DNA of 64,000 nucleotides from the NCBI RefSeq assembly GCF_030384885.1, contig NZ_CP128613.1. One strand, given 5' to 3'. The first letter of the stretch is position 1. Every line of letters begins with the position of its first letter. Made by a program: the position numbers and the translations under genes. The notes under the pieces were generated by a model. The model had not been told where the DNA came from. It saw only the letters and a list, made by a program, of their open reading frames with translations, and did no database searches. This DNA comes from Escherichia coli (GTDB taxonomy: Bacteria > Pseudomonadota > Gammaproteobacteria > Enterobacterales > Enterobacteriaceae). Shown piece by piece: positions 11,981 through 26,672 of this stretch.

Positions 11981-13624
11981 TTAGCGAATGTTAATCAGCG
12001 CATCAAAAATCGCGTTTGCCGTCTGCAGAACCTGCGCATTCGCCAGGTAATACTGCTGAAAACGTTGCAGATTTCCGTACTCCTCGTCGAGATTGACACC
12101 AGAAATCGACTGCTGCTGATTGGAAAGCTGCGTCACCACATTACCTTGCGTGGTGCTACTGGTTTTCAACGTTGCGGTTTTATTACCGATATCACTCACT
12201 AACGAGGCATAAGCGTCGTTAAAGGATTTCGCACCGCCCACCGTTTTACTGTTACTTTGCAGATCCAGCAGGGCCTGACCGTTGCGGTTGTCGCTATCAC
12301 CCGCATCTTCTGCGCTCGCCATGGCGATTTTCGCTTCGTCGGTGATTAATACATCCATGTTGACGATGGCGTCACTTACCGGTTTCAGTGTGAAGCTGTC
12401 ATTAACGGCAGGCGTTCCTGTAAACGTCAACTCCAGACCATCAAATGCCACTTTACCGTTAGCATCCGGCGTCACCGTAAAAGTGGTATTGCTGGCAAGG
12501 CGGGTGACCTGCCACTGATTATTATCGAACGAGATTTTGTAATCTGTCGCCAGTACCGCGGAGGCATCGGTTACCGTGGCACCGATCGCAACGCTACCAT
12601 TGTTGTTAGTATTTTGCAGAACCGCGGGCTTACCGATAGCAAAGAAATCCTCCCCTTCTTTACCATTGGCATCATACCCCTTGTTATGTTGGGCATTGAA
12701 AGCCTCGGCAAATGCCAGCGCCAGTTGTCCGAGCGTATTACGCGTCTGGTCGAGATCCTGAGAACGAAATGTCAGAATACCGCCCAGTGACCCGGTATTC
12801 AGCAATTTCTCCGGGATCTCAAGATTGCCCGCAGTCCCATCAACATAAGCGACAGTCGTACGAGAAGGGTCGGCGCTGGAAGGAATTGCCGCAAGTTGCC
12901 GCGCCGTACTTCCCTGAACCAGTGAGTAGCCATTGGCCATCGTGATGTTATAAGTGCCACCATCCTGAACGCTGACTTCTACGCCAACAATCTGGTTTAA
13001 TTCGCTCACCAGTTGATCGCGTTGATCCAGCAGATTGTTAGGTGACGCCCCTGCCCCCACGCCTGTCAGGCGGGAGATCTGATCGTTCAGGCTGGCGATT
13101 TGTTTAGCGTAATTGTTGATCTGATCAACGCTGGCACCTATCGCGATATTGACCTGTTTGTCCTGGTCGCGCAGATATTGATCGGTGGTTTTAAACTGAT
13201 TCACCAACCCTTCTGATTTCCCAATCAGCGCCTGGCGCGCTGCCGGATCTTCCGCGTTACTCACCAGCGTTTGCAGGCTGGTGAAGAAATCCTGCATCTG
13301 TGTTGCCAGCGAAGAGGTACTGGTGGAGAGCATATTGTCGATTTTCGACATCTGCTCATAGCGGGCAGTCAGGCCGCTACTTTGCGTCTGAGCCGCACGT
13401 AACTGGTTGGTAATAAAAGCATCATACTCACGCTGCACACCGGAAACGTAGACACCATTGCCAACCCAGCCACCCGCGCCCAACGTGCTGTTGGCCTGCG
13501 CCATAATAGTGGTTTGGCGGGTATATCCGGCAACGTTATAGCTGGAGATATTATTACTTGCCGTATTTAACGCCGCCTGGGCCGCGTTCAGTCCGCTCAT
13601 GGCGTTATTGATCAAGCTGGACAT
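11981..13624 (-). CDS. flgK: flagellar hook-associated protein 1 FlgK
   Basis: 547-aa ORF MSSLINNAMSGLNAAQAALNTASNNISS... Confidence 0.95.
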   Translation of the reverse strand: MSSLINNAMSGLNAAQAALNTASNNISSYNVAGYTRQTTIMAQANSTLGAGGWVGNGVYVSGVQREYDAFITNQLRAAQTQSSGLTARYEQMSKIDNMLSTSTSSLATQMQDFFTSLQTLVSNAEDPAARQALIGKSEGLVNQFKTTDQYLRDQDKQVNIAIGASVDQINNYAKQIASLNDQISRLTGVGAGASPNNLLDQRDQLVSELNQIVGVEVSVQDGGTYNITMANGYSLVQGSTARQLAAIPSSADPSRTTVAYVDGTAGNLEIPEKLLNTGSLGGILTFRSQDLDQTRNTLGQLALAFAEAFNAQHNKGYDANGKEGEDFFAIGKPAVLQNTNNNGSVAIGATVTDASAVLATDYKISFDNNQWQVTRLASNTTFTVTPDANGKVAFDGLELTFTGTPAVNDSFTLKPVSDAIVNMDVLITDEAKIAMASAEDAGDSDNRNGQALLDLQSNSKTVGGAKSFNDAYASLVSDIGNKTATLKTSSTTQGNVVTQLSNQQQSISGVNLDEEYGNLQRFQQYYLANAQVLQTANAIFDALINIR

Positions 13625-13657
13625 GGAGGTTCCTTATAAGCCTTCAATTACAGAGTA

Positions 13658-13684
13658 TTATCGGCAGCGACCCGCCGGACTTGA
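13658..13684 (-). promoter_or_regulatory. sigma28 (FliA) class 3 promoter for flgKL
   Basis: Minus strand reads TCAAGTCC-N11-GCCGATAA, matching the sigma28 consensus TAAAGTTT-N11-GCCGATAA, about 35 nt upstream of the flgK ATG. Confidence 0.75.
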
Positions 13685-13689
13685 GTTAT

Positions 13690-14631
13690 TCAGAACAGAT
13701 TATCAATGTTCATGCTGTAGGTTTTGCTCACCTTGTCGCTTATCGATTTCATCTGCTGAATCATGCTGGTGAGTTTGCGGGCATAGTGAGGATCGGTGGC
13801 ATAGCCCGCGTCCTGTAGGGCCTGCGCCCCCTGCTCCGCACTCGCGGCGGTCGTCACGGCAGCGTAGCGCGGGTTACGTGTTAATAGCCCAACGTAATCC
13901 GACAATGCTTCCAGATACGAGCTGTAGACCCGAAACTTCGCTTTTACTTTCTTCGCTTCGCCATTTTCATATTCAGTCGTGGTGATTTCAGTGACTGGCC
14001 CTTTCCAGTTGCCAGAGGCTTTGACGCCAAACAGGTTATAGCTCGGCTCGCCGTTTTCACGGCGGATTTGCCGTTGTCCCCAGCCAGATTCCAGCGCCGC
14101 CTGAGCGAGGATCAAATGATGTGGCACACCGCTTTGCTGGCTTGCCAGTTGGGCGGGCAACGAGAGTTGCGCGAGGAATGCTTTACTGTCACCCGGCAGC
14201 GAATCATCGTAGTTACGTGGTACGGCCTTTTGCACCAGCTGCGAAAGCGTCTGATTTTGATAACGCACCACGGTTTCGAGCGGGAATTTCATCGGTGCTG
14301 CTGGCGTGGACTCATCTGGCAATGGTTGTTCTGGCGTCATCTGTTTAACCATCATCTCTGCCAGCCCCAGACCTTTGCCCGCCGTCATCTGTTGGGCAAT
14401 CTGCTGGTCATACATACTGGTATACAGGCGAGTGTGCTCGCTGCTGAACAGGCCATCTTTTGGTAAAGCGTCGCGCATGCTTTTCAACATCATCTGCACG
14501 AACATCCCTTCCACCTGGCGGGCCACCGGACGGATATTTGCCGCCGGATCTTCGCCCGCTTTCGTCTTAAGTTCGTTGAGCGATTGTGCATCCCAGGCCG
14601 CACTTGCCAGTAGTTTGCTGTCGCTGATCAT
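13690..14631 (-). CDS. flgJ: flagellar rod assembly protein / peptidoglycan hydrolase FlgJ
   Basis: ORF 13690..14661; start placed at [14 protein letters not shown] to give 313 aa; ATG overlaps the flgI stop (ATGA). Confidence 0.9.
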   Translation of the reverse strand: MISDSKLLASAAWDAQSLNELKTKAGEDPAANIRPVARQVEGMFVQMMLKSMRDALPKDGLFSSEHTRLYTSMYDQQIAQQMTAGKGLGLAEMMVKQMTPEQPLPDESTPAAPMKFPLETVVRYQNQTLSQLVQKAVPRNYDDSLPGDSKAFLAQLSLPAQLASQQSGVPHHLILAQAALESGWGQRQIRRENGEPSYNLFGVKASGNWKGPVTEITTTEYENGEAKKVKAKFRVYSSYLEALSDYVGLLTRNPRYAAVTTAASAEQGAQALQDAGYATDPHYARKLTSMIQQMKSISDKVSKTYSMNIDNLF

Positions 14632-15728
14632 CAGATGATTTCCAGTTTTGCCCGCAGACATCCCGCACTTTGCATTGATTGCAGTATGGACATCAGATCC
14701 ATCGGCGTAGCGCCCAGCGCATTGAGCGCACGCACCACGTTATTGAGGCTGGCGCTGGAACGTACGCTTTGCAGCGAACCGCCGCTCTGGCGTAAATCGA
14801 TCTGCGTTTGTGGAGTAACCACAGTCTGCCCGCCACCAAACGGTGTATCTGGCTGGCTGACATTGGCCTGCCGATTTACCGTAACCGAGAGATTCCCCTG
14901 CGCTACCGCGCAGCTGTCGAGGGTCACTTCGCGATTCATCACCACCGAACCAGTGCGCGAGTTAATCACTACTTTAGCGTCCTGCGGGGTAACATTAACC
15001 TGCATATTCTGGATATCGGCAAGGAAACGGACCTGGGAACTGTTGCCACTCGGTACGCGCACCTGAATAGTCCGCGCATCTAACGCGGTGGCGCTGCCAT
15101 ATCCACGCACGCGGTTGATGGTGTCAGCGATTTGCTGCGCCATACTGAAATCTTCGTCGTTAAGTTGCAAATTAAGGGTATTCCCGACGCCAAACTGGCT
15201 GGGCAATTCACGTTCAATAACCGCACCATTGGTGATCCGTCCACCGTTCAGTTGGTTCACCTGAACACTGCTACCGCCAGCGGAGGCCCCTGCGCCGCCA
15301 ACCAGAATATTGCCCTGTGCCAGCGCATACACCTGACTGTCAACGCCCTTAAGCGGTGTCATCAATAACGTACCGCCACGCAGACTTTTGGCATTTCCCA
15401 TGGAAGAAACCACCACGTCAATGGTTTGCCCCTGACGTCCAAACGGTGGAAGTGACGCCGTCACCATTACCGCAGCGACGTTTTTTAGCTGCATATTAGT
15501 GCCCGTCGGAACGGTAATTCCCAGCTGTGAGAGCATGTTATTAAGCGTTTGTGTGGTAAACGGCGTCTGAGTTGTCTGGTCACCAGTGCCATCCAGCCCC
15601 ACCACCAGGCCATAGCCAATCAGTGAGTTTTGCCTTACCCCCTGAACACTGGTGAGATCGCGAATACGCTCAGCCTGAGCTGCCGTGATAACCAGTAGAA
15701 GAATTAATGCAGAGAGAAATTTAATCAC
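14631..15728 (-). CDS. flgI: flagellar P-ring protein FlgI
   Basis: ORF ...[24 protein letters not shown]...; two adjacent GTG codons, second chosen to give 365 aa. Confidence 0.9.
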   Translation of the reverse strand: MIKFLSALILLLVITAAQAERIRDLTSVQGVRQNSLIGYGLVVGLDGTGDQTTQTPFTTQTLNNMLSQLGITVPTGTNMQLKNVAAVMVTASLPPFGRQGQTIDVVVSSMGNAKSLRGGTLLMTPLKGVDSQVYALAQGNILVGGAGASAGGSSVQVNQLNGGRITNGAVIERELPSQFGVGNTLNLQLNDEDFSMAQQIADTINRVRGYGSATALDARTIQVRVPSGNSSQVRFLADIQNMQVNVTPQDAKVVINSRTGSVVMNREVTLDSCAVAQGNLSVTVNRQANVSQPDTPFGGGQTVVTPQTQIDLRQSGGSLQSVRSSASLNNVVRALNALGATPMDLMSILQSMQSAGCLRAKLEII

Positions 15729-15739
15729 CACAGCCTCAC

Positions 15740-16438
15740 TTACATTGGCGACAGGTTAAGGAAGAAACGCTGCAACCAGCCCATATTTTGCGCTTCGTTA
15801 ATGTAGCCATTGCCTACGTATTCAATGCGCGCATCCGCCACCTGAGTAGACGGTACGGTATTACTGCCGCTGATGGTGCGAGGATTAACTACACCAGAGA
15901 AGCGAATAAATTCGGTACCCTGATTAATGGCGATCTGTTTTTCACCCACCACATGCAGGTTGCCGTTGACCAGTACCTGGTCAACCGTCACCGTCAACGT
16001 GCCGCTAAAGGTATTGCTGGCATTGGCCCCGCCTTTTCCGTTGAACGTGTTACCACCGGAGGCTTCGACATCGGCACGAGCGTTACCAAACAGCCCCTGC
16101 AAATAGCGCGGCACAGTATCAAAGCCAAAATTAGTTTTACCGTCACGGCTGGCATTCGCAGAGGAGCTTTTGCTGGCGCTGACGTTCTCCTGCAACACGA
16201 TGGTCAGCGTATCGCCAATATTGCGTGGTCGACGATCTTCAAACAGCGGTTGATAGCCATAGTTAATCGGCTGAGCAGACTGGAAAATAGAACCGTTGGC
16301 GACGGGCGTCGGGCCGGGAACCGGTTGTGCACTCGTCGCCCCCTGTACCAGCGGCGTGGAGGGTATCCAGGCGCAGCCGGTTAGTGAAAGCACCAACAAG
16401 CTGGAAATGGCATAAGTATGCGCAGCGTTTTTTTGCAT
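15740..16438 (-). CDS. flgH: flagellar L-ring lipoprotein FlgH
   Basis: ORF 15740..16453; start placed at [22 protein letters not shown] (lipobox LTGC) to give 232 aa. Confidence 0.9.
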   Translation of the reverse strand: MQKNAAHTYAISSLLVLSLTGCAWIPSTPLVQGATSAQPVPGPTPVANGSIFQSAQPINYGYQPLFEDRRPRNIGDTLTIVLQENVSASKSSSANASRDGKTNFGFDTVPRYLQGLFGNARADVEASGGNTFNGKGGANASNTFSGTLTVTVDQVLVNGNLHVVGEKQIAINQGTEFIRFSGVVNPRTISGSNTVPSTQVADARIEYVGNGYINEAQNMGWLQRFFLNLSPM

Positions 16439-16490
16439 GGCTATCATCTTCAAAAATCAGTAAACCGGTGAATCTGCCACCGGTTATGCC

Positions 16491-17291
<801 letters not shown>

Positions 17292-17318
17292 TTATTGACA
17301 AAATGCATATGTCTTCAT

Positions 17319-17354
<36 letters not shown>

Positions 17355-17443
17355 GGTATAGAAAAATCAATAAATTGCGATGTACCCCGTAGACCGATAA
17401 GTTTGCACACCGGGCAACTTACGTTTGTCATGTATCCGTTCAA

Positions 17444-18199
17444 TTAACTCATCGACAGCAGTTGGTTGGCACGGCCTGCGTTATCATCGACGCTGCTGAT
17501 CACCTTCATCTGCATTTCAAAACGCCGCGCGCTGGCAATCATGTCGCTCATTGCCGCAACGGCATTGACGTTACTGCCTTCCAGAACCCCCGACATCACA
17601 CGTAAGGTTGGATCTGCCTGCAGTACCGGCCCACGCGTAGCCTGGCTTTCTGCGCTTAAACGAAAAATGCCGTCGTCACCGCGCTGCACTTCGCTGCCCG
17701 TGGCTTTCACCAGCTTCAGACGCCCCACTGGCGCGACAGTATTTGCCGGATCGCCAGAATTCAGCGCCGAGATTGTGCCATCGGCAGCAACAGTGATTTC
17801 CGCCCCTTCCGGCACAGCAATTGGCCCCGCCTCGCCGATCACCGGATGCCCCTGAATTGTCAGTTGCCCGGTGGGATCAACCTGAATGCTGCCATTACGC
17901 GTATACCCTTCGCTGCCGTCATCGGTCTGCACGGCCAGCCAGCCATCCTGCTGCAACGCAACGTCCAGCGGGCGCGAGGTGTAATCCATCTTGCCGGGCG
18001 TCATGTCTGCACCCGGCGTTGACGCCGTTACCAGCGTGCGCGTAGGCAGTGAAAGCCCTTCCACCGGCACTGCGCGCAAGGCGTTTAACTGCGCGCGAAA
18101 ACCGGGCGTTGAGGCATTGGCCAGATTACTGGCGGTCACCGCCTGTTGATTCAGCGTCTGGCTGGCTGCCCCCATCGCGGTATAAATTGCGTGATCCAT
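17444..18199 (-). CDS. flgF: flagellar proximal rod protein FlgF
   Basis: 251-aa ORF MDHAIYTAMGAASQTLNQQAVTASNLANAST... Confidence 0.95.
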   Translation of the reverse strand: MDHAIYTAMGAASQTLNQQAVTASNLANASTPGFRAQLNALRAVPVEGLSLPTRTLVTASTPGADMTPGKMDYTSRPLDVALQQDGWLAVQTDDGSEGYTRNGSIQVDPTGQLTIQGHPVIGEAGPIAVPEGAEITVAADGTISALNSGDPANTVAPVGRLKLVKATGSEVQRGDDGIFRLSAESQATRGPVLQADPTLRVMSGVLEGSNVNAVAAMSDMIASARRFEMQMKVISSVDDNAGRANQLLSMS

Positions 18200-18218
18200 T
18201 GAGCTATCCCGTCAGCGA

Positions 18219-19424
18219 TTAGCGTAAGTTAACCAGCGTGTTGAGGATCTGGTCCTGGGTTTTGATGGTCTGGGCGTTAGACTGATAGTTACGCTGGGCA
18301 ACGATCATATTGACCAGTTCTTTACTGAGATCGACGTTGGACGCTTCCAGCGCACCGTTGGTCAGGGTGCCAAAGTTGCCCGTCCCGGCTGTCCCCAACA
18401 GCGCCACGCCAGAAGATTGCGTCGCAGACCAGACGTTGTCGCCTTCGGATGCCAGACCTTCGTTGTTGGCAAAGTTCGCCAGTACAATCTGCCCCAGCAG
18501 TTGGGTTTGTTCGTTGGAATAGTTGCCGACAACCGTACCGTCATCATTGATTTGATAACTCACCAGATCGCCCGGTTTGTAGCCGTTCTGGGTGGTTGCC
18601 ACAATGTTGTTAGCACCGGTATTTTGCTGCATGGAGTTGAGGAAGCTCAGGCTAAACGTGGCGGGATCTGCGCCGTTAATTGCGCCGGTGGTAATATCCT
18701 TTGTTGGATCTGAGGTCAGAACGCCATTGGCATTAAACACCAGCGTCGTTGCAGGGTTAGCTGTGCCTTTTGGATCACTGCTATCCAGGGTGTAAACATC
18801 CCAGTTATTATCCCCGGTCTTCACAAAATAAACGCTCATGTCATGAGCATTACCCTGACTATCGAAAACAGTCACCGAACCTTTTTTGTTATAGCTATCC
18901 GCATTGCTGGCATCAAATGCTTTAACAGAGGGAAGCGGATCACTGGAATTCAGGTTGATCTGCATCGATGCCGTGGTGGTAGTTTTCGCTGCCATCAGGG
19001 TATTCGGGATCGAAATATTGGTCGGATTCGCCCCTTGCTGAATAGTCGGCGGCGTACCGGTTGCCGGGTAACCTGTCAGCTGTAAACCTTGCATATTCAC
19101 CAGGTTACGATTTTCATCAAGCTTAAATTGTCCATTACGGCTGTAAAAAACCGAACCATTGCTGTCTACCAGACGGAAAAAACCATTCTGGCTTATAGCA
19201 ACGTCCAGACCTCGCCCAGTGTTGGTGGTCGTGCCATCGGTAAAGTCCTGAGTGATACCGGCAACTTTTACCCCCAGTCCCACTTTCGAACCGGCAAACA
19301 TATCGGCAAAAGAGGCCGTGCCTGATTTAAAGCCGTAGGTGGCGGAGTTGGCGATATTGTTGCCAATAACATCGAGGTTGGTGGCGGCAGCGTTTAATCC
19401 GCTAACCGCTTGAGAAAAGGCCAT
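18219..19424 (-). CDS. flgE: flagellar hook protein FlgE
   Basis: 401-aa ORF MAFSQAVSGLNAAATNLDVIGNNIANSATYGFK... Confidence 0.95.
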   Translation of the reverse strand: MAFSQAVSGLNAAATNLDVIGNNIANSATYGFKSGTASFADMFAGSKVGLGVKVAGITQDFTDGTTTNTGRGLDVAISQNGFFRLVDSNGSVFYSRNGQFKLDENRNLVNMQGLQLTGYPATGTPPTIQQGANPTNISIPNTLMAAKTTTTASMQINLNSSDPLPSVKAFDASNADSYNKKGSVTVFDSQGNAHDMSVYFVKTGDNNWDVYTLDSSDPKGTANPATTLVFNANGVLTSDPTKDITTGAINGADPATFSLSFLNSMQQNTGANNIVATTQNGYKPGDLVSYQINDDGTVVGNYSNEQTQLLGQIVLANFANNEGLASEGDNVWSATQSSGVALLGTAGTGNFGTLTNGALEASNVDLSKELVNMIVAQRNYQSNAQTIKTQDQILNTLVNLR

Positions 19425-19449
19425 GACTGACTCCTGAAATTTGAGGGCT

Positions 19450-20145
19450 TTAAATTATCTGCCGTACTTCGTCGAGGGTGGTGGTGCCGTAAGTGCCGAG
19501 ATCCAGCGTATTACCGTTGTTGCCGCGGATCACCCCCTGCACCAGAGCAAACTGCAGCGGCTGGGCAACCAGTTGTGTACCACCGCTACTGGCGCTAATC
19601 GCTACATTGTAAGAACCGTTCGGCGCAGTGCTGCCGTCAGTCAACGTACCGTCCCAGGTGAAACTGTGGACTCCGGCAGTCAGTTCACCGATATCAATGG
19701 TACGGACAACCGCGCCGTTTTTATCGGTGATGGTGGCCGTAACTTTGTCTGCCGCCTGCTGCAACTCAACACCAAACGGTGTGGTCGTGGTCACAGCCCC
19801 TTCTTCACTGCCGGTTCCGGCAAGAACTGTGGTGCCGGGGATCATCACACCGTGACCGATCAGGTTACTGGCCTGTAACGACTGGCTGTTATCAATCTGT
19901 CCGGAAATAGATCCGAGCGTGGTATTGAGTTTTTCAATCCCGCTGACCGTGCTGATTTGTGCCAATTGCGACGTCAGCTCGTTGTTTTCCATTGGATTGG
20001 TCGGGTCCTGGTTTTTCAGCTGCGCCACCAGCAAAGTCAGAAAACTGCTTTGTAAATCTGCGGCGTTGCTACCCGTGAGTGAGCTACTGCTGGTGGTGCT
20101 GACGCCGGTATTTGTCGGATCGGTGGTGGTTACCGCAATGGACAT
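19450..20145 (-). CDS. flgD: flagellar hook capping/scaffold protein FlgD
   Basis: 231-aa ORF MSIAVTTTDPTNTGV... Confidence 0.95.
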   Translation of the reverse strand: MSIAVTTTDPTNTGVSTTSSSSLTGSNAADLQSSFLTLLVAQLKNQDPTNPMENNELTSQLAQISTVSGIEKLNTTLGSISGQIDNSQSLQASNLIGHGVMIPGTTVLAGTGSEEGAVTTTTPFGVELQQAADKVTATITDKNGAVVRTIDIGELTAGVHSFTWDGTLTDGSTAPNGSYNVAISASSGGTQLVAQPLQFALVQGVIRGNNGNTLDLGTYGTTTLDEVRQII

Positions 20146-20156
20146 AGATTTCTCCT

Positions 20157-20561
20157 TTATTGACCAAGCGTAAGGGTTTTCAGCATCATGCTTTTCACCG
20201 TGTTGAGCACTTCAACATTGGCCTGATAGCTGCGTGATGCTGACATGGTGTTAACCATCTCCCCGACGACATCAACGTTTGGCATTTTCACGTAGCCCTT
20301 TGCATCCGCCAGCGGATTACCCGGTTCATAAACCAGTTTGTCCGGAGCCTGACTTTCTATAACATCGGCAACCTTTACGCCGCCTGTCGCAGCGCCTGGC
20401 GCAGCGTTCACCTGGAATACCACCTGTTTTGCCCGATATGGCTGTCCATCGGGACCGGTCACGCTATCAGCATTCGCCAGATTACTGGCCGCCACATTCA
20501 GGCGCTGGGACTGGGCAGTTAACGCCGACCCGGCGATATCAAAAATGTTCAGCAGTGCCAT
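20157..20561 (-). CDS. flgC: flagellar proximal rod protein FlgC
   Basis: 134-aa [36 protein letters not shown]... Confidence 0.95.
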
Positions 20562-20564
20562 CCG

Positions 20565-20981
20565 TTAATTTCCGCTCTGTAAAACGTTCATCATGCCTTT
20601 GATTTGCCCGCTCAACGCGCTAAGGCTCATCTGGTATTGCAGGCTGTTATCGGCAAACTGAGTGCGTTCGCGATCCATATCGACGGTATTACCGTCCAGC
20701 GAAGGCTGGTCCGGAATACGGTATTGCAGTTCTGCGGTAGGAGGCGTCAGCGCCTGCGCCGGAATGTGTTGCGTTGAGGTCATCGTCAGCGCAACCATGC
20801 TGGTTTCATCCCGTCCACGCTGCATGACCTTTTTAAGTTCACTGGCAAAATCGATATCGCGTGCCTGATAACCAGGGGTATCGGCATTGGCGATGTTTGC
20901 TGCCAGCACTTCCTGACGCTGGGCGCGCAGATTGAGCGCCTCTTGTTGAAAACGTAAGGCGGCGTCGAGCTTATCGAGCAT
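20565..20981 (-). CDS. flgB: flagellar proximal rod protein FlgB
   Basis: 138-aa [45 protein letters not shown]... Confidence 0.95.
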   Translation of the reverse strand: MLDKLDAALRFQQEALNLRAQRQEVLAANIANADTPGYQARDIDFASELKKVMQRGRDETSMVALTMTSTQHIPAQALTPPTAELQYRIPDQPSLDGNTVDMDRERTQFADNSLQYQMSLSALSGQIKGMMNVLQSGN

Positions 20982-21135
20982 ATCTCCTCCGCAGGTATCA
21001 AAATTCTGCCATCAGCTTAAATGCCTTTACGCGCGCGTTATCGGCGGAATAAACGCAAAATGGGTCGCTATTTATGCCGTTGATGGTCATTGCGTACAGG
21101 TACAATTCACGTTGTAGAAATGGCTGGGAGCGAAA
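20982..21135. promoter_or_regulatory. divergent flgB / flgA class 2 flagellar promoter region (FlhDC-dependent)
   Basis: 154-bp gap between divergent flgB and flgA starts; known architecture of flagellar region I; individual sites not resolved by eye. Confidence 0.55.
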
Positions 21136-21795
21136 ATGCTGACAATAAAACGTAGCGTGGCGATCATTGCGATACTGTTCAGTCCGTTAAGTGCGGCGAG
21201 CAATCTCACATCGCAGTTACAAACCTTTTTTAGCGCCCAGCTCGCGGGAGTAAGTGATGAGGTTCGTGTTTCTATTCGTACATCGCCCCATCTACTTCCG
21301 CCGTGCGAGCAACCACTGCTTTCGATAAGCAATAATTCCCGCCAGTGGGGAAATGTGAATGTGCTGGCACGCTGCGGTAACGACAAACGATATTTGCAAG
21401 TCAATGTACAGGCCACAGGAAATTATGTGGTTGCCGCGATGCCCATTGTGCGGGGAGGAAAGCTGGAAGCTGGCAATGTAAAACTGAAACGCGGACGACT
21501 GGACACCTTGCCGCCGCGTACTGTGTTGGATATCAATCAACTTATTGATGCCGTTAGCCTGCGCGATCTATCACTCGAACAGCCTATCCAATTAACCCAG
21601 TTGCGCCAGGCCTGGCGTGTAAAAGCGGGACAACGCGTCAACGTGATCGCCAACGGTGATGGATTTAGCGCCAACGCTGAAGGTCAGGCGTTGAACAATG
21701 CTGCCGTCGCACAGAATGCACGGGTGCGGATGGTATCGGGGCAAGTGATCAGTGGCGTTGTAGATGCAGATGGGAATATTCTTATAAACCTGTAA
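21136..21795 (+). CDS. flgA: flagellar P-ring assembly chaperone FlgA
   Basis: 219-aa ORF with signal peptide, divergent from flgB. Confidence 0.9.
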   Translation: MLTIKRSVAIIAILFSPLSAASNLTSQLQTFFSAQLAGVSDEVRVSIRTSPHLLPPCEQPLLSISNNSRQWGNVNVLARCGNDKRYLQVNVQATGNYVVAAMPIVRGGKLEAGNVKLKRGRLDTLPPRTVLDINQLIDAVSLRDLSLEQPIQLTQLRQAWRVKAGQRVNVIANGDGFSANAEGQALNNAAVAQNARVRMVSGQVISGVVDADGNILINL

Positions 21796-21800
21796 CCTGT

Positions 21801-21827
21801 TAAAGATTACCCGACCCATGCCGATAA
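21801..21827 (+). promoter_or_regulatory. sigma28 class 3 promoter for flgMN
   Basis: TAAAGATT-N11-GCCGATAA starting just after the flgA stop and about 45 nt upstream of the flgM ATG. Confidence 0.75.
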
Positions 21828-21870
21828 ATAAGCAACACATGATAAAAGCGCCCTCAATGAGGAATAAACC

Positions 21871-22164
21871 ATGAGTATTGACCGCACTTCACCTCTGAAG
21901 CCCGTAAGCACCGTTCAACCGCGTGAAACCACTGACGCGCCGGTAACGAATACCCGGGCGGCAAAAACAACCGCCGCCACCAGCACCAGTGTGACGTTAA
22001 GCGACGCGCAAGCAAAACTAATGCAACCCGGCAGCAGTGATATCAATCTTGAACGTGTCGAAGCGTTAAAACTGGCGATTCGTAACGGTGAACTAAAAAT
22101 GGACACTGGCAAAATTGCCGATGCGCTAATCAACGAAGCGCAGCAAGACTTGCAGAGTAACTGA
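21871..22164 (+). CDS. flgM: anti-sigma28 factor FlgM
   Basis: 97-aa [28 protein letters not shown]... Confidence 0.95.
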   Translation: MSIDRTSPLKPVSTVQPRETTDAPVTNTRAAKTTAATSTSVTLSDAQAKLMQPGSSDINLERVEALKLAIRNGELKMDTGKIADALINEAQQDLQSN

Positions 22165-22168
22165 TCGT

Positions 22169-22585
22169 ATGACGCGTCTTGCAGAGATCCTCGACCAGAT
22201 GTCCGCAGTGCTTAACGATCTCAAAACGGTAATGGATCAAGAGCAGCAACATCTCTCAATGGGGCAGATCAACGGCAGCCAGTTGCAATGGATTACAGAA
22301 CAAAAAAGCTCACTGCTGGCGACGTTGGATTACCTCGAACAGTTACGCAGAAAAGAACCCAATGCAGAAAATAGCGTTGATATTAGTCAACGTTGGCAGG
22401 AAATTACGGTGCAAACTCAGCAACTACGTCAAATGAATCAACATAATGGCTGGTTACTGGAAGGACAGATTGAGCGCAATCAACAGGCGCTGGAAATGTT
22501 AAAACCGCATCAGGAACCGACGCTGTACGGGGCGAACGGTCAGACATCAATACCCCATCGCGGCAGTAAAAAGATTTCGATCTGA
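22169..22585 (+). CDS. flgN: FlgK/FlgL export chaperone FlgN
   Basis: 138-aa ORF MTRLAEILDQMSAVLNDLKTVMDQEQQHL... Confidence 0.95.
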   Translation: MTRLAEILDQMSAVLNDLKTVMDQEQQHLSMGQINGSQLQWITEQKSSLLATLDYLEQLRRKEPNAENSVDISQRWQEITVQTQQLRQMNQHNGWLLEGQIERNQQALEMLKPHQEPTLYGANGQTSIPHRGSKKISI

Positions 22586-22592
22586 AGATTAT

Positions 22593-22618
22593 TTCCGGCC
22601 TGCAGTGCAGGCCGGAAT
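22593..22618. terminator. bidirectional terminator hairpin between convergent flgN and murJ
   Basis: Near-perfect palindrome TTCCGGCCTGCAGTGCAGGCCGGAA flanked by A/T runs. Confidence 0.65.
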
Positions 22619-22624
22619 GCATTG

Positions 22625-24247
<1,623 letters not shown>

Positions 24248-24269
24248 CTACCGCCAGATGTTACAGGGT

Positions 24270-25193
24270 TTATTCACTCATCGCATCGCGCCAGATCTTG
24301 TCAACGATACGTTGCGCCAGCACGGCCTGTTCGCCGGCGGTTTGCGGAACTGTCTGATTTTGCACGCATTCAATGAAGTGCCGCGCACAGCCGACAAATC
24401 CACGTTGCACAAGAGTACTCTGCCAACCAGGAATCGGTTTATGCACTACGCCCTGCCCGCGCTCCTCACGCCATTCGCGCATATCCGTAATGTCGATGAG
24501 CGCACCGTCAGTCACGGCCTGCACGGTTTCACGCTGACTTCCGGCACGGCGATGCATACAGGTGGTGATCTGCAAAGGACCGGCCGAAAAATGGTGCTCG
24601 GCAAACAGCATTTCGCCAGCGTCATTAGTCAGTAGCGTACCGCCATCCAGAGAGGCTTTACCGCCCGACAACCACAGCGCGGTATCCACCACATGCAGAT
24701 AATCATCCAGCAACGTGAAATAAAGATCGTGTGGCCCGACACTATTGCTACGATGTTTATCCATTCTTAGCGAGGCTGCGGTGGCGAGTTGCGTTTTTAA
24801 CTCACCGTAGAGTGGTGCGAAACGACGGTTAAAACCGACCATCAACGTCAGTTTTTTCCGCGCCGCCAGTTCAACCAGCCGTTCAGCATCGCGCAGATTT
24901 TCTGCCAGCGGTTTATCGACACAGACATGTACTCCCGCATTGAGTAACGCACTGACCACGTCAAAGTGGCTGGCGGTGCTGGAATGCACAAAAACAGCGT
25001 CACAACAGGCAGCAAGGCTGGATAACGAATCGGCATAAGGAATGCGCCAGCTTTCACAAATTGGCAGGGCTTTCGCGCGCGTTGGCGACCACGCACCTTG
25101 TAACGTCCAGTCAGACGCTGCCGCCAGCACCGGTAACCACGCCTTTTGCGCGATGCCGCCTAACCCCACTACGCCGATACGTAATTTTTTCAC
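24270..25193 (-). CDS. yceM: Gfo/Idh/MocA-family oxidoreductase YceM (MviM)
   Basis: ORF 24270..25226; start placed at the GTG giving M-KKLRIGVVGLGGIAQKAW, 307 aa. Confidence 0.8.
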   Translation of the reverse strand: MKKLRIGVVGLGGIAQKAWLPVLAAASDWTLQGAWSPTRAKALPICESWRIPYADSLSSLAACCDAVFVHSSTASHFDVVSALLNAGVHVCVDKPLAENLRDAERLVELAARKKLTLMVGFNRRFAPLYGELKTQLATAASLRMDKHRSNSVGPHDLYFTLLDDYLHVVDTALWLSGGKASLDGGTLLTNDAGEMLFAEHHFSAGPLQITTCMHRRAGSQRETVQAVTDGALIDITDMREWREERGQGVVHKPIPGWQSTLVQRGFVGCARHFIECVQNQTVPQTAGEQAVLAQRIVDKIWRDAMSE

Positions 25194-25194
25194 T

Positions 25195-26437
<1,243 letters not shown>

Positions 26438-26672
26438 TCTATACCTACTCCTTCCCGTAACGTCTTTAATACGCTGTAAGTATTACTATACCTGCGCAAC
26501 CAGACCCTGTGAAAAGTCCAGAATGCCGTTTTCTGCATTATTCACATATTTGATAAAAACTCTCTATCAAAGCGACGTTTTGATAAAAAAATATTGTCCC
26601 CGAAGTGATGGGAAAAGTCTTAACGGCAATGCAGAATAGAAAGTGCTCATCTTTTATTTCCCGGGAGGGGAA